DNA of 64,000 nt from Chiloscyllium plagiosum (Eukaryota), in assembly GCF_004010195.1 (NCBI RefSeq), contig NC_057720.1, forward strand, positions 13,938,363 to 14,002,362, in the 5' to 3' direction. Shown piece after piece: positions 51,400 to 62,375 of this stretch. A program made the position numbers and the translations under genes. A model generated the notes under the pieces. The model made no database searches. It was not told the DNA's origin and was given only the letters and a program-made list of their open reading frames with translations. Within the stretch, counting starts at the first letter, position 1. Every line of letters starts with the position of its first letter.

Positions 51400-52130
51400 C
51401 TTTTCATTCAGTTGTGGGACATAGGTGTTGCTGTCTGGGCCTGCATTTAATGCCTGTCCCTAGTTGCCTTTGAAAAGGTGGTGGTGAGTTGCCTTCTCAA
51501 ACTGCTGGAGCCCACCTGCTGTGGGTTGACCCACCAATGCCCAGAGGAAGGGAATTCCAGGATTTTGATCCAGTCACAGTGAAGGAAGGGCGATACATTT
51601 CCAAGTCAGGACGGTGAGTAACTTGGAGGGAAACTTGAAGGTGGTGGTGTTCCATATATCTGCCGCCCCTGTCCTTTTCAATAGAAATAGTTGCGTGTTT
51701 GGGAGATGCTGTCAGAGGATCTTTGGTGAATTTCTGCAGTGCATCTTGTAGGTAGTACACACTGCGGCTACTGACTGTCGATGGTGGAGGAAGTGGATGC
51801 CTGTGAATGTGGTGCCAATCAAGCGGGCTGTTTTATCCTGGATGGTGTCAAGCTTTTTGAGTATTTTTGGAGCTACACCCATCCAGGCAAGTGGGGGGTA
51901 TTCCATCAAACTCCTGACTTGTGCCTTTTAGATGGTGGACAGGCTTTGGGAAGTCAAGAGGTGAGTTACGGCCCACAGTTTCCTAGCCTCTGACCTGTTT
52001 TTTTGGGGCCACTGTGTTTATATGATGAGTGTAGCAGAGTTTCTGGTCAATGATACCCCCTCCCCCAAGGATGTTGAGAGTGAGGTGTTCAATGATGCTA
52101 AGTGATTGAATATGAAGGGGTAGTGGTTGG
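51400..52130 (-). mobile_element. CR1/L2-group LINE 3' fragment
   Basis: MEYPPLAWMGVAPKILKKLDTIQDKTARLIG...LHHRQSVAAVCTTYKMHC. Confidence 0.8.
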
Positions 52131-52272
52131 ATTGAATAAGGAAATGGCGAAGATTCAAACATACAAACAAAGAATGAAAGCCTTCGAGCCCGCTCCATCA
52201 GTCAGTAAGATAACAGCTGATCTCAGGGAAGGCAAAGGCCTAGTTGGATGGTTGCTAGACTATTAATCCAGA

Positions 52273-52357
52273 AGAAGGGCTTATGCCCGAAACATCGATT
52301 CTCCTGTTCCTTGGATGCTGCCTGATCTGCTGCGTTTTTCCAGCAACACATTTTCAG
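52273..52357 (+). mobile_element. Short PLE family A insert with 13-bp TSD inside a SINE
   Basis: CTATTAATCCAGA at 52260-52272 and 52358-52370. Confidence 0.8.
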
Positions 52358-52954
52358 CTATTAATCCAGAGACCCAGAAAATGTGCTGAGGATCTGGGTT
52401 CAAATCCTGCTATGGAAGGTGATGGAATTTGAATTCAATAAAAAATCTGCTGTTCAGAGAGCAATAATAATCATGAAACTGTTGTTCATTGTCAGGAAAA
52501 AAACCCATTTAGTTCACTACATGTGACCTCAGACCCACAACAATATTGTGGCTCTTAATTGTCCTCTGGGACGGGCATTAAATGCTGGCCTAGCCATCGA
52601 TGCCCACATTCTGTGATTGCATTAATACAAAACACCTCAAACCACCAGTAATCTTTCATCCTCTCGGTAATCAACAATCCACCCATCTCTGCCTGAAAAA
52701 TATTTAAAGTTTCTGCATCTACTAACTTTTGAGGAAGGGAATTCCAAAGTCTCACAACACTCCGAAAGAAGAAAATGTATCTTCATCCCTGATTTAAATG
52801 AGTGACAACCCTCAAATGGAAGTCCAGAACAAGGGGCCTTAGACTTTCCAACGAGTGGAAAAGTCCTTTCAACATCCACCCAGTCAAGTCCTCTCAAGAT
52901 CTGATATGTTTCAACTATGTCACCTCTGACTCTTCTGAACTCTAGAAGATACAG

Positions 52955-53103
52955 AGTTAAAAATGTGGTGCTGGAAAAGCACAACCGGTCAGGCAGCATC
53001 CGAGGAGCAGGAGAATCGATGTTTCGAGCATAAGTTCTTCATCAGGAATGAGAATCAGGAAATTCATTCCTGATGAAGAGCTCATGCTCAAAACATCAAC
53101 TCT
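52955..53103. mobile_element. PLE family A termini, divergent pair with two hammerhead motifs (53018-53045 minus, 53070-53097 plus)
   Basis: gatgtttcgagcataagttcttcatcaggaatg ... cattcctgatgaagagctcatgctcaaaacatc. Confidence 0.75.
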
Positions 53104-53489
53104 TCCTCAAGGTCCCAACAGCAACAACTGAAAGCTAAAGTACTGATCCTGCTTCTATGGGAGCTTGACCACACCCTTTCAGGCTGCTTCTTTTATTCCA
53201 ACATTTTTTTTAAAAATCATCCAGGGCTTCACAAGTTGTTTATCTTTTCACAGGCTGTTCAGTGTCTGTCTCCCAAGTTCTCTTGTAAAGAAACCAGGAC
53301 AAAACATGCATCTTAAAACCGTAGTATCACCACAGAGGCAAATCAATAAAGTTATTGAGGGGCCCCTTTGTGGTGCAATGGTAATATCCTTCCCCCTAGA
53401 GCAGGGGGGCCTGTGTTCAAGACCCACCTGCTCCAAAGGTGTGTCATAATATCTTTTAACAGGTTGATTAGAAAAATAGGATAAGTTTT

Positions 53490-56100
53490 TAAAAACAATG
53501 CTGAGAGACACTGGAATAAGTCTGTCAATGATACTGGCTGGTGATACAATTTATCTTCCAGAGGGGTTAATAAAGGAAAAATATTAACTGGAGGTGTACA
53601 CAGAGTTTACAAACTGGCCCTATTATCTAGAATTGGATTAAAGAATGACCTGATAAGTGGAGAAGTTAAAGTAGTACAACAAATTCTCACAGAGGGAATT
53701 GATTTTTATCTTGAAGAATGATCTGGTTCAGTTAAACTTATTGGGTTCATTGAGGGTATCAGTGCAACTAGTGGGAGTATAAGAAACTGAAATGCTACAG
53801 GAGGAACATCCAGGATTGTTTCCTGACTCTGTTGTGATGGCACCTCAGTGTCAAAGAAATAGACAGGAAGAAGCGACTACACAAAAGGGCGATGACTTGA
53901 GAATTCAGTGATCTGACACTCTTTTCAAACACATTGGGGCTGACATGTTTAGCCCAGTGTCTGAAATAGAAATGAAGTGGATGTATTCTGAAATGAGAAA
54001 GTTGTGTCACACAGACTGCTCAGAAACTGAATCAGAACCTGTTACTATATTTCAAAAAACCAAAATGTTAATGAGAATATGATGGCCACCACAAATGCTA
54101 GCTGAAGTGGTTCATTATATGGTAGGCCCATTTTGAGTAGTCTTACAAGATTTTAGTAATGCCTTATGAGATTCCAATAGCTGTTCAGTTAGTTATTAGA
54201 AAAACACAAGGTATAGCGCTAAAACTTTTGTATTGGCCAGCATTACACAAAGATATGGACCATTTTTGCTAGATATATGGCAAGGCCTAAATAGATTATA
54301 TAGGACCCCTAACAAAAACCAAGAATGAGAATCAGTATCTTTTAGCAATTATAGATATTTCAGCCAGATTTCCTCAGGCAATGTCATTATGGAAAATATG
54401 GCAAAAAATGGAAGGAGGACAGGCAGTTAATTTTTTTCAAGTTTTTTATCTGATTAGCAATTCACAGCATGGTTTTGTATGGGGGATGTCATGCCTCACT
54501 AACTTGTTTGAGTTTTTTTGAGGAGATGACAAAGATGATTGATAAGGGAAAAACCATTGATGTTGTCTACATGGACTTCAGTATAACCTTTGACACGGTC
54601 CCTCATGGCAGACTGGTACAAAAAGTGAAGTCACATGGTATCTGGGGTGAGTTGGCAAGGTGGATACAGAACTGGATTAGTCATAGGAGACAGAGAGTAG
54701 TGGTGGAAGGATGTTGTTTGGAACAGAGGGTTGTGACTAGTGATGTACCACAGGGATCAGTGCTGGGACCTCTGCTGTTTGTGATCTACATAAATGATTT
54801 GGAGGAAAATGTAGCTGGTTCTCTTAGTAAGTTTGCAGACGATACAAAGATTGGTAGAGTTGTGAATAGTGAAGAGGATTGTTAGAGGATACAACAGGAT
54901 ATAGATCAGTTGGAGGCATGGACAGAGAAATGGCAAATTGAGCTTAATTCTGCGAAATGTGAGATGATGCATTTGGAAGGTCAAATACAAGTGGAAAGTA
55001 TACAGTAAATGCCAGACCCCTTAGGAGTACTGATATGCAGAGGGATCTGGCTGTGCAGGTCCACAGATCACTGAAGGTGACAATGCAGGTAGATAAGGTA
55101 GTAAAAAGGTTTACAACATTCTTGCCTTCATTAGAAGGCATGATTTGGAGTTGCCAGTGTTGGACTCGGGTGGACAAAGTTAAAAATCACATAACAACAG
55201 TTTATAGTCCAACAGATTTATTTGGAAACACACTGCTCCTTCACCACCTGATGAGTATAAGGATAGACAAGTTATGCCCACAGCTTTATGGAACTTAAGT
55301 TAGGCAATACTTGGAATATTGCAAAGAGTTCTGGTCACCACACTACCAGAAGGATGTGGATGCTTTGGAGAGTGTAGAAAAAAGTTTTACCAGAATGTTA
55401 CCTGATTTGGAGGTTTTTAGCTCTGAAAAAAGTTTGGATAGACTGGATTTGTTTTTGCTGGAACACAGGGCAATCCGATAGAAATATATAAGTTTGTGAA
55501 TGGCATGAATAGAGTGGAAAGTATGATGCTTTTTCCAAGGATGGAGGGGTCAATTACTAGAGGACACAGGTTCAAGGTGCAGGGTGGGGGAAGATTAAAA
55601 GAGATGTGCGAGGCAGGTTTTTCACACAAAAGGTGGTGACTGCCTGAAATGTACTGCCAGAGGAGGTGGTGGAAGCAAACACAATAACTGCATTCAAGAA
55701 GCACCTGGACAAACATTTGGATAGGAAGGGAATAGAGGGATACTGATCCTGTAAGTGATGACAGTTTTACTATGGAAGGACAAAATGTGTCAGCACAGGC
55801 TTGGAGAGCCAAAGGGCCTGTTCCTGTGCTGCATGGTTTTTGTTCGCAGTGAGAGATGAATTATCGAAGAAATGTAATAAGATCAAGGTTCAAATTAGGT
55901 CAAAAATATTCAAAGAAATAATGAATAGTTTGGAAATACAACACTTTAAGTCTTCAATTTATTATCCACAATCTCAAGCAAAGTTGGAAAATTGGCATCA
56001 AACTTTAAAGACCATGATTACAGCTTATTGCCATAAATGTTCTAATATTTGGGATAAAGAAATTCTCTTGTCCTGTTTATCATTAGAAATACCACTAGCG
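53490..56100 (+). pseudogene. Decayed Gypsy (Gmr1-like) pol: aspartic protease then integrase, split by a CR1
   Basis: LRDTG at 53501-53515; EGIDF..NDL; PGLFPDSVV; FYWP-like zinc-finger region; IDYIGPLTKTKNENQYLLAIIDISARFPQA; DQGSN at 55881; SSIYYPQSQAKLENWHQTLKTMI. Confidence 0.8.
54445..55845 (+). mobile_element. CR1 LINE with RT domain (small PLE family B insert at ~55143-55255)
   Basis: DVVYMDFS.TFDTVPHGRL...VPQGSVLGPLLFVIYINDL...KFADDTKIG. Confidence 0.95.
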
Positions 56101-56293
56101 AGTGCACAGATTTCAGAAACAAAAAACAGAGATTGCTGAAAAAGCTCAGCAGGTCTGGCAGCATCGGTGGAGAGAAATCAGCGTTAACATTTCGGGTCGA
56201 GTGATCCCCTAGAATAATTGAAGGAAAATTTACAAACCAAAGATCGGAGTCTGCAATTCCAATTTGTGCACCGTGTTCTTGAGAAAAGTCCTA

Positions 56294-56645
56294 GGCGGCA
56301 CGGTGGCTCAGTGGTTAGCTTTGCTGCCTCACAGCGCCAGGGACCCAGATTTGGTTCCAACCTCAGGCAACTGTCTGAATGGAGTTTTTAAATTTTCCCC
56401 GTATCTGTATGGGTTTCCATCAGATGCTCTGGTTTCCTCCTACAATCCAAAGATGAGCAGGTTTGCTGGATTGCCCATGCTAAATTGCCCATTGTATCCA
56501 GGGATGTGCAAGTTGGATGATTAGCCATGAGAAATGCAAGGTTACAGGGATGGGCTGATCTGGGTGGGATGCTCTTCGGAGGGTCAGTGTGGACTTGATG
56601 GACCAAATGGCCTGCCTCCACACTGTGGGGATTCTATGATTCTGT
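56294..56645 (+). mobile_element. HE1-like SINE, near full length
   Basis: ggcggcacggtggctcagtggttagc head; (attctatg) tail. Confidence 0.9.
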
Positions 56646-58023
56646 GAGTTAACCTAAAAGAAAAGAGAAGGGTGCACAACAAAGAATAATAATTCGAGCA
56701 GATTAAATGTCTAAAGTTCTAAATTTTGTTGCGAGATCCCTGATTCTGTGGAAACAGCATTCTGGTTCATGGGTCACAGTACAGAATAAAAATACTTATT
56801 CCAGTTACCAAGATGACAAATTAAATGCCCAAATTATGTTTGGCTTTAAACAACAAAATCTACTAATCAAATTTTTTTTTTAATGAATACAATTGTAGGT
56901 TTATTGTGAAAACAAAGCTTTTTTAATTAAGCTCCAATAATTGGTTTACATACACAGCTCGGAATATGCAAGTATAAATGCTTATCTCTTCAGTATCCCC
57001 AAAATACATATCCAAACATGCATCCACATGCACTTTTTAAGGAAACAGAAGGAAAGAAAGATATATCTTTAGAAACTAGCTTTCTGAATAAAAAAACACT
57101 TTGGTCAATGAGTTATTTTTGAAGGCAAGAGGATAAACCATAGAATATTGCATAGTCTGTTCATCTGATGTTCTGGCATGTGTGGTCAAGTCACTAATTA
57201 CACACTGTTGTCTCAGAAGACATAACTTGTTCAGGAAATATAATTTTAACAATCCAGAATGTTTCATTTACTCTTTTAATAGGACAAATAGATTTCACTC
57301 TGAACTCATGGTGTTTTCTTTTCAGAAATGACAAAAATCAGCTGAGCAGCTTGTTCTTTGCAGGGTTTCCTCCAACTCAGCTTGTCCTTAGTAATCACAC
57401 AGCATCAGCACGGCTCCAAAAGCTTGTCCTTCCAAATGAACCTGTTGGACTATAAGCTGGTGCTATGTGATCTTTAACTTTGTACACTCCGGTCCAACAC
57501 CAGCACCTCCACATCATTGTCCATTAGTAGGCATCTCTCCAACTGAACCCAGATAAAATAATTCACCACTCCAAACCAGTCACTGCTCACAACAGCACCA
57601 GCAACATCTCTAGTGAAGCAAGCAATTATCATCAGTCATGTGATTTACAGCAAGACTTGTTGAAAAAATATCAAAATTCAACTGTGAATCATCAACGATC
57701 TCTTTTAAAGGAACTAATGCAGTTATTTCAATAAAACTTGAAATACATAACTTTTCCACAATCCTTCAAAACCTAAATCCAACAAGTAACAATAAACATT
57801 AAGTGTCTTCATAATACTCATGTTACCTCTGACTCTTTCACCATCCATCTTAAATCATGGAAACAATTAATCCCTACCTATTTTGGTTTGGATCCCTCAT
57901 AATTGTGAGCACCTCTATAAAATCTCATTAGCCTCAGTTTCTCCTACGGATACATGTTTATGAATCCTCAGCTCTCAAAACATTTTTTGTGAATCTTTTC
58001 TGCACCCTTTCTGATGCCGTTAC

Positions 58024-58784
58024 TGTGATGATGCTATGGCTTTAAGAGGTTTTTTTAAAGAGAGGTTTTAAGACAGGGGTAATGATCAGTCTACCAAAAC
58101 CACTAGAGTGAACAGCTTGTGAGGCCTTGGGTTTTCTTTTAAAACTGGAACAATAGAAGCAGCCTGAATGGGTGGGGTTGAATCCTCACAGAACCAGAAC
58201 CAGGATTTATAGTTTTTCTTAGGCAGCAGTTATTGCTGGGGTCTCAGCAGGGTTATATGCTTTCCCAGCTGCTATACTCTCTTGCCAGGTTTTCTCTGAA
58301 TGTTTTTCCTCTTGGGCTGCTGGAGTAGCATGTGAAGCAATTCTGCTTTTTGAATTCGCCTTTTGCCAAGGTCGTGTTTGTGGGATGTTACTGTATTGGA
58401 ACAGTTACTGTTTAGTAATAAAACAATTTATTATTCTGTTAAGTTTTTCCAGCATTATTCCAAGTTCCTCTTCCTTTTGTTGTATTTTAAATATTGTGTT
58501 TGAATAAATTGCGTTTTGCTTAATGTGGAGTTAAGCAAGTTTGACCAATTGAATTGCATCTGGAACACAGATGCAATTCAAGTAGCCTAGAGCCTCTTTA
58601 AAATAAGAAAGAGGCTCTAGGCTACTTTTTAAAATATAAAGTTAAAAGTCACACAACACCAGTTTATAGTCCAACAGGTTTAATTGGAAGCACTAGCTTT
58701 TGGAGCACTGCACCTTCATCAGGTGTCATAATAAATTTTAAATTTTAAAATATATGTTGAGTGGGTCTGGTCTGGTACATAACA
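58024..58784 (+). mobile_element. Solo LTR inserted in a minus-strand CR1, carrying a PLE family B insert (~58639-58742)
   Basis: TGTGATG...CATAACA ends; AATAAA at 58503; CR1 remnants on both sides; ttttaaaatata flanks the PLE insert. Confidence 0.65.
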
Positions 58785-59418
58785 GCCACATTCTGTCTAA
58801 AGTGTAGGTGCCTAAAAATATTAAACACGACTCCAGCTGAGGTTGAAACAGTGCTTAATAAAGATTCATCACATATTCTCTCAATTGTTTTCTATTATCC
58901 TGTAGCCCAGCATCCTGTATTAACCTTTCTCAAACTGCCCTGCTACCTTTAGCAATTGATCCCAGATCTCTCTGCTCCTGCTCGTCCTTTAGAATTGTAG
59001 CCGTTATTTTAAATGCCTCTCCTTGGTCTTCCCCGGCAAATGTGTCCAAGGAAGTTCCATTTTCTTTTGGGCACTGCATGTTTTAAGCAGAAATAAAATA
59101 TTAAGAAATGATACATTGAAATTAACATTAATAACTTATTTTGCATTAAGTACAATAGAGTCATTTAAAAAAAAATAATGTTAATCCAACTAGTGATTTT
59201 TTTTAAACACAGTAAAATCTAATTTTATTGTATTAATTGGGAAGTCAGTAAATAGAAGCAACCAGGTTGATCATCACTACCTACAGGGGGATAGCTGGTT
59301 TCAGTCAATGATTTTCTGATTAAGGAGACTGATAGTTAATAGCCTTATAGATTTTTGCCTCTGTTTATTGTGAATAGCAATCTCTCAAAACTTCCACAGT
59401 CTGAAAGTGATACTTCCC

Positions 59419-59428
59419 TGATTGACAG
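59419..59428 (+). promoter_or_regulatory. PBX-MEIS/PREP consensus site in a repeat-free island
   Basis: Exact TGATTGACAG; motif match only. Confidence 0.3.
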
Positions 59429-60804
59429 CCTGTTTAACTGCATATTTGACATCACCAGGAAAGCTGATGTTTCCTGGTGAATGCATTCCCAAGACTAGCC
59501 AATATAAAAGCCAGCTTGGAGTCAGTGGGGGAGGAGGGGAGGGCGAACATTGCTCTTGGGAAAAATCAACAATTTAAACATCAATTTTTCAGCCTGCGCA
59601 TAAATGTAGTAAGTAAAAGAGCTATAAGTGAGCTGCAGCACTCAGCTTTCAATGATAACCTTGTTAGTGCTCCATATAACTGCATGTAGCCACTCAGCAT
59701 GGCATCTCTTCCCATTTCCTTTTATGAATGATTTTGTTATACTTTATCCATTTTAAAGTGCTCCATATTACAACATTTACAACTACATTAGGACTGCATT
59801 TATTAGGACTCCTTTTATAGGCTACATGGACAATGTTTCTGCAGCATGCCACCCACTCTTGTTTGTAAATCTTCCTTCCTCTTCAACTGTAATATCCTTT
59901 TTCCAATTATCTACTTGTCAATTTCGAGTCAATTTCATAAATTCAAAGTCAGCCAACCAGCGATCATTCTGTTTTCGGGAGCGTTTAGAAGCATGACTCA
60001 AGCCAAATAGATTAGAGCAATAAAATTTAAATACATTTTAACTGGGAAAAGGGATTGTGAAGAAATGATTATGCAAATTTGCAAGGTAGTAATATGTTTT
60101 TATTTTAGCGCAAGGACCGTGAGTGACCTAGAAAAATGAACACTGGGATGTCGATAGTTACATGATAATGTAACTATTGATCTTGAAATCTTTTGACACC
60201 TGTCTTGGAGAGCAGAGTGACAGTGGTTTACTTATGTAGATTATGGTGATATACTGCAACTTCAGTGCAACATCTAACAATTTTTACTCTAATTGTGTTG
60301 GTGACAGGTTATTGACCTGCAAAGTTAGCTCTGTTTCTTTCTTGTCAGATGCTGTCTGATCTACTGACAACATTTTTCTGTTTATATTTCAGGTAGGTTA
60401 CACACTTACGTTCCATTTTTATTTCCGAATCACAGCTGTTCAGAAGGTAGATTAAAGGAAGCCCCCCCCAAAAAAATATTCGACAGAGAGGTGATGTCCT
60501 GTCCACTAGCTCAGTACCAAGCAGGATTTGCTCAGGCACAATCATGGTTTGTTTCCTGAGGGTGCAGGAAGATTCCATATTGTTATGTTCTTACCATTTA
60601 AAGCAACGACTGGGTTTTCAAAATTACTCATTTTTTACATAATTTGACTTCTTTCCAAATGGTGAAAGAATCTATACACAGTAGAAATGCAAACATACTT
60701 GAGGAATCATTTATATAGATTGTTTAACTGTCAGAAGTGCAAAATATTATCAAACAGGTTATCAAAAACTCTCAGTTGTCCAGAGATGTGAAACAATGGA
60801 AAAG

Positions 60805-61130
60805 AGTAAATAAACAACGTCTTTTCCCTGGGATGAGGCAGTCCAAAACTCGAGGACATAGGTTTAGGGTGATGGGGGAAAGAGCTAAAAAGGACCTAAG
60901 GAGCAAACCTTTCACGCAGAGGGTGGTGCATGTACCAGAGAAAGGGTGGATGTTGGTACAATTACAAACATTTAAAAGGCTTTTGGATGGGTATATGAAT
61001 GGAAAGGGTTCAGAGGGATATGGGCCAGATGTTGGCAAATGGGACTAGATTAATGTAGGATATCTGGTTGGCATGGATGAGTTGGACTGAAGGGTCTGTT
61101 TCTGTACTGTACATCTCTACGACTCTACCT
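60805..61130 (+). mobile_element. CR1 LINE 3' fragment
   Basis: LFPGMRQSKTRGHRFRV...FTQRVV; gactctac tail. Confidence 0.85.
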
Positions 61131-61764
61131 TAAAAACTATCCACAGGTGTGAACACGCAATCTAAAGTTTAGTGTTTTCATGAGGGAAGGATGTAATGTC
61201 AGGGTGCTATCTGAAATGAAACATTAAGACCTGTCTACTTTCATATTTTGTTTTATTCATTGACAGGAATGTAGGCACCACTGGCTAGGGTGACATTGCT
61301 CTAAGGGCAGTTAAGAGACAAGTTCAATGCTGTGAGTCTGGAGTCATGTGTTGACCAGAGCAGGTAAACAGCAGATTTCCTTCCCTGGAGGATGTTAGTA
61401 ATCCTAATTTTTATTTTCACATTTAATTTAAATTCATCATCTGTCATGATCATATTCAAAGCACATTCCCCTGAACCCTAGCCTGAGGTTTCTGGATCGC
61501 TCATCCAGTGACATTACCACTACACAACCAATTCATGTGCAGACATAAAAGGTCCTGTGGCAGATCCTGAAGAAATGAATGAATGATTTTATTGTCATGA
61601 GTATTTGGGAAAATAAAGTGAAAAGTGTTTGTTGCCACAATCTAGCACCATTTTGGATTACAAAATGAATGGAAAGAAATTACTTAAGCAGAGTTTAATC
61701 TTTTATTCAATTGTCAGAAAAATATAAAGACAGAAAAAATAAGAAAATAATGTTCAACTTTACA

Positions 61765-62375
61765 GCATAGAATCATAAAGATGTACACCGTGGAAATAAA
61801 CCCTTTGGTCCAACTCCTCCATGCCGACCAGATATCCCAATCCAATCTAGTCCCACCTGCCAGCACCTGGCCCTTATCCCTCCAAACCCTTTCTATTCAT
61901 AAACCCATCCAGATGCCTTTTAAATGTTGCAATCATACCAGCCTCCACCACTTCCTCTGGCAGCTCATTCCATACATGCACCACCCTCTGCCTGAAAAAG
62001 TTGCCCCTTAGGTCTCTTTTATATCTTTCCCCTCTCGCCCTAAACCTATACCCTCTGGTTCTGGACTCTCCCACCCCAGGGAAGAGACTTTGTCTATTTA
62101 TCCTATCCATGTCCCTCATGATTTTCTAAACCTCTATAAGGTTACCCCTCAGCCTCCGATGCTCCAGGGAAAACAGCCCCAGCCTATTCAACCCCTCCCT
62201 ATAGCTCAAATCCTCCAACCCTGGTAACATCCTTGTAAATCTCTTCTGAACCCTTTCAATTTCATAGCATCCTTCCGATAGGAAGGAGACCAGAATTGCA
62301 GGCAATATTGCAAAAGTGGCCTAACCAATGTCCTGTACAGCTGTAGCATGACCTTCCAACTCCTGTACTCAATAC
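61765..62375 (-). mobile_element. CR1 LINE 3' fragment
   Basis: LQLYRTLVRPLLQYCLQFWSPSYRKD; RGNFFRQRVVHVWNELPEEVVEAG. Confidence 0.92.

Noticed and set aside
53358..53475. tRNA-like sequence (gtggtgcaatggta...gttcaagaccc)
   Set aside because: A/B boxes only, no proper cloverleaf; best read as a SINE head
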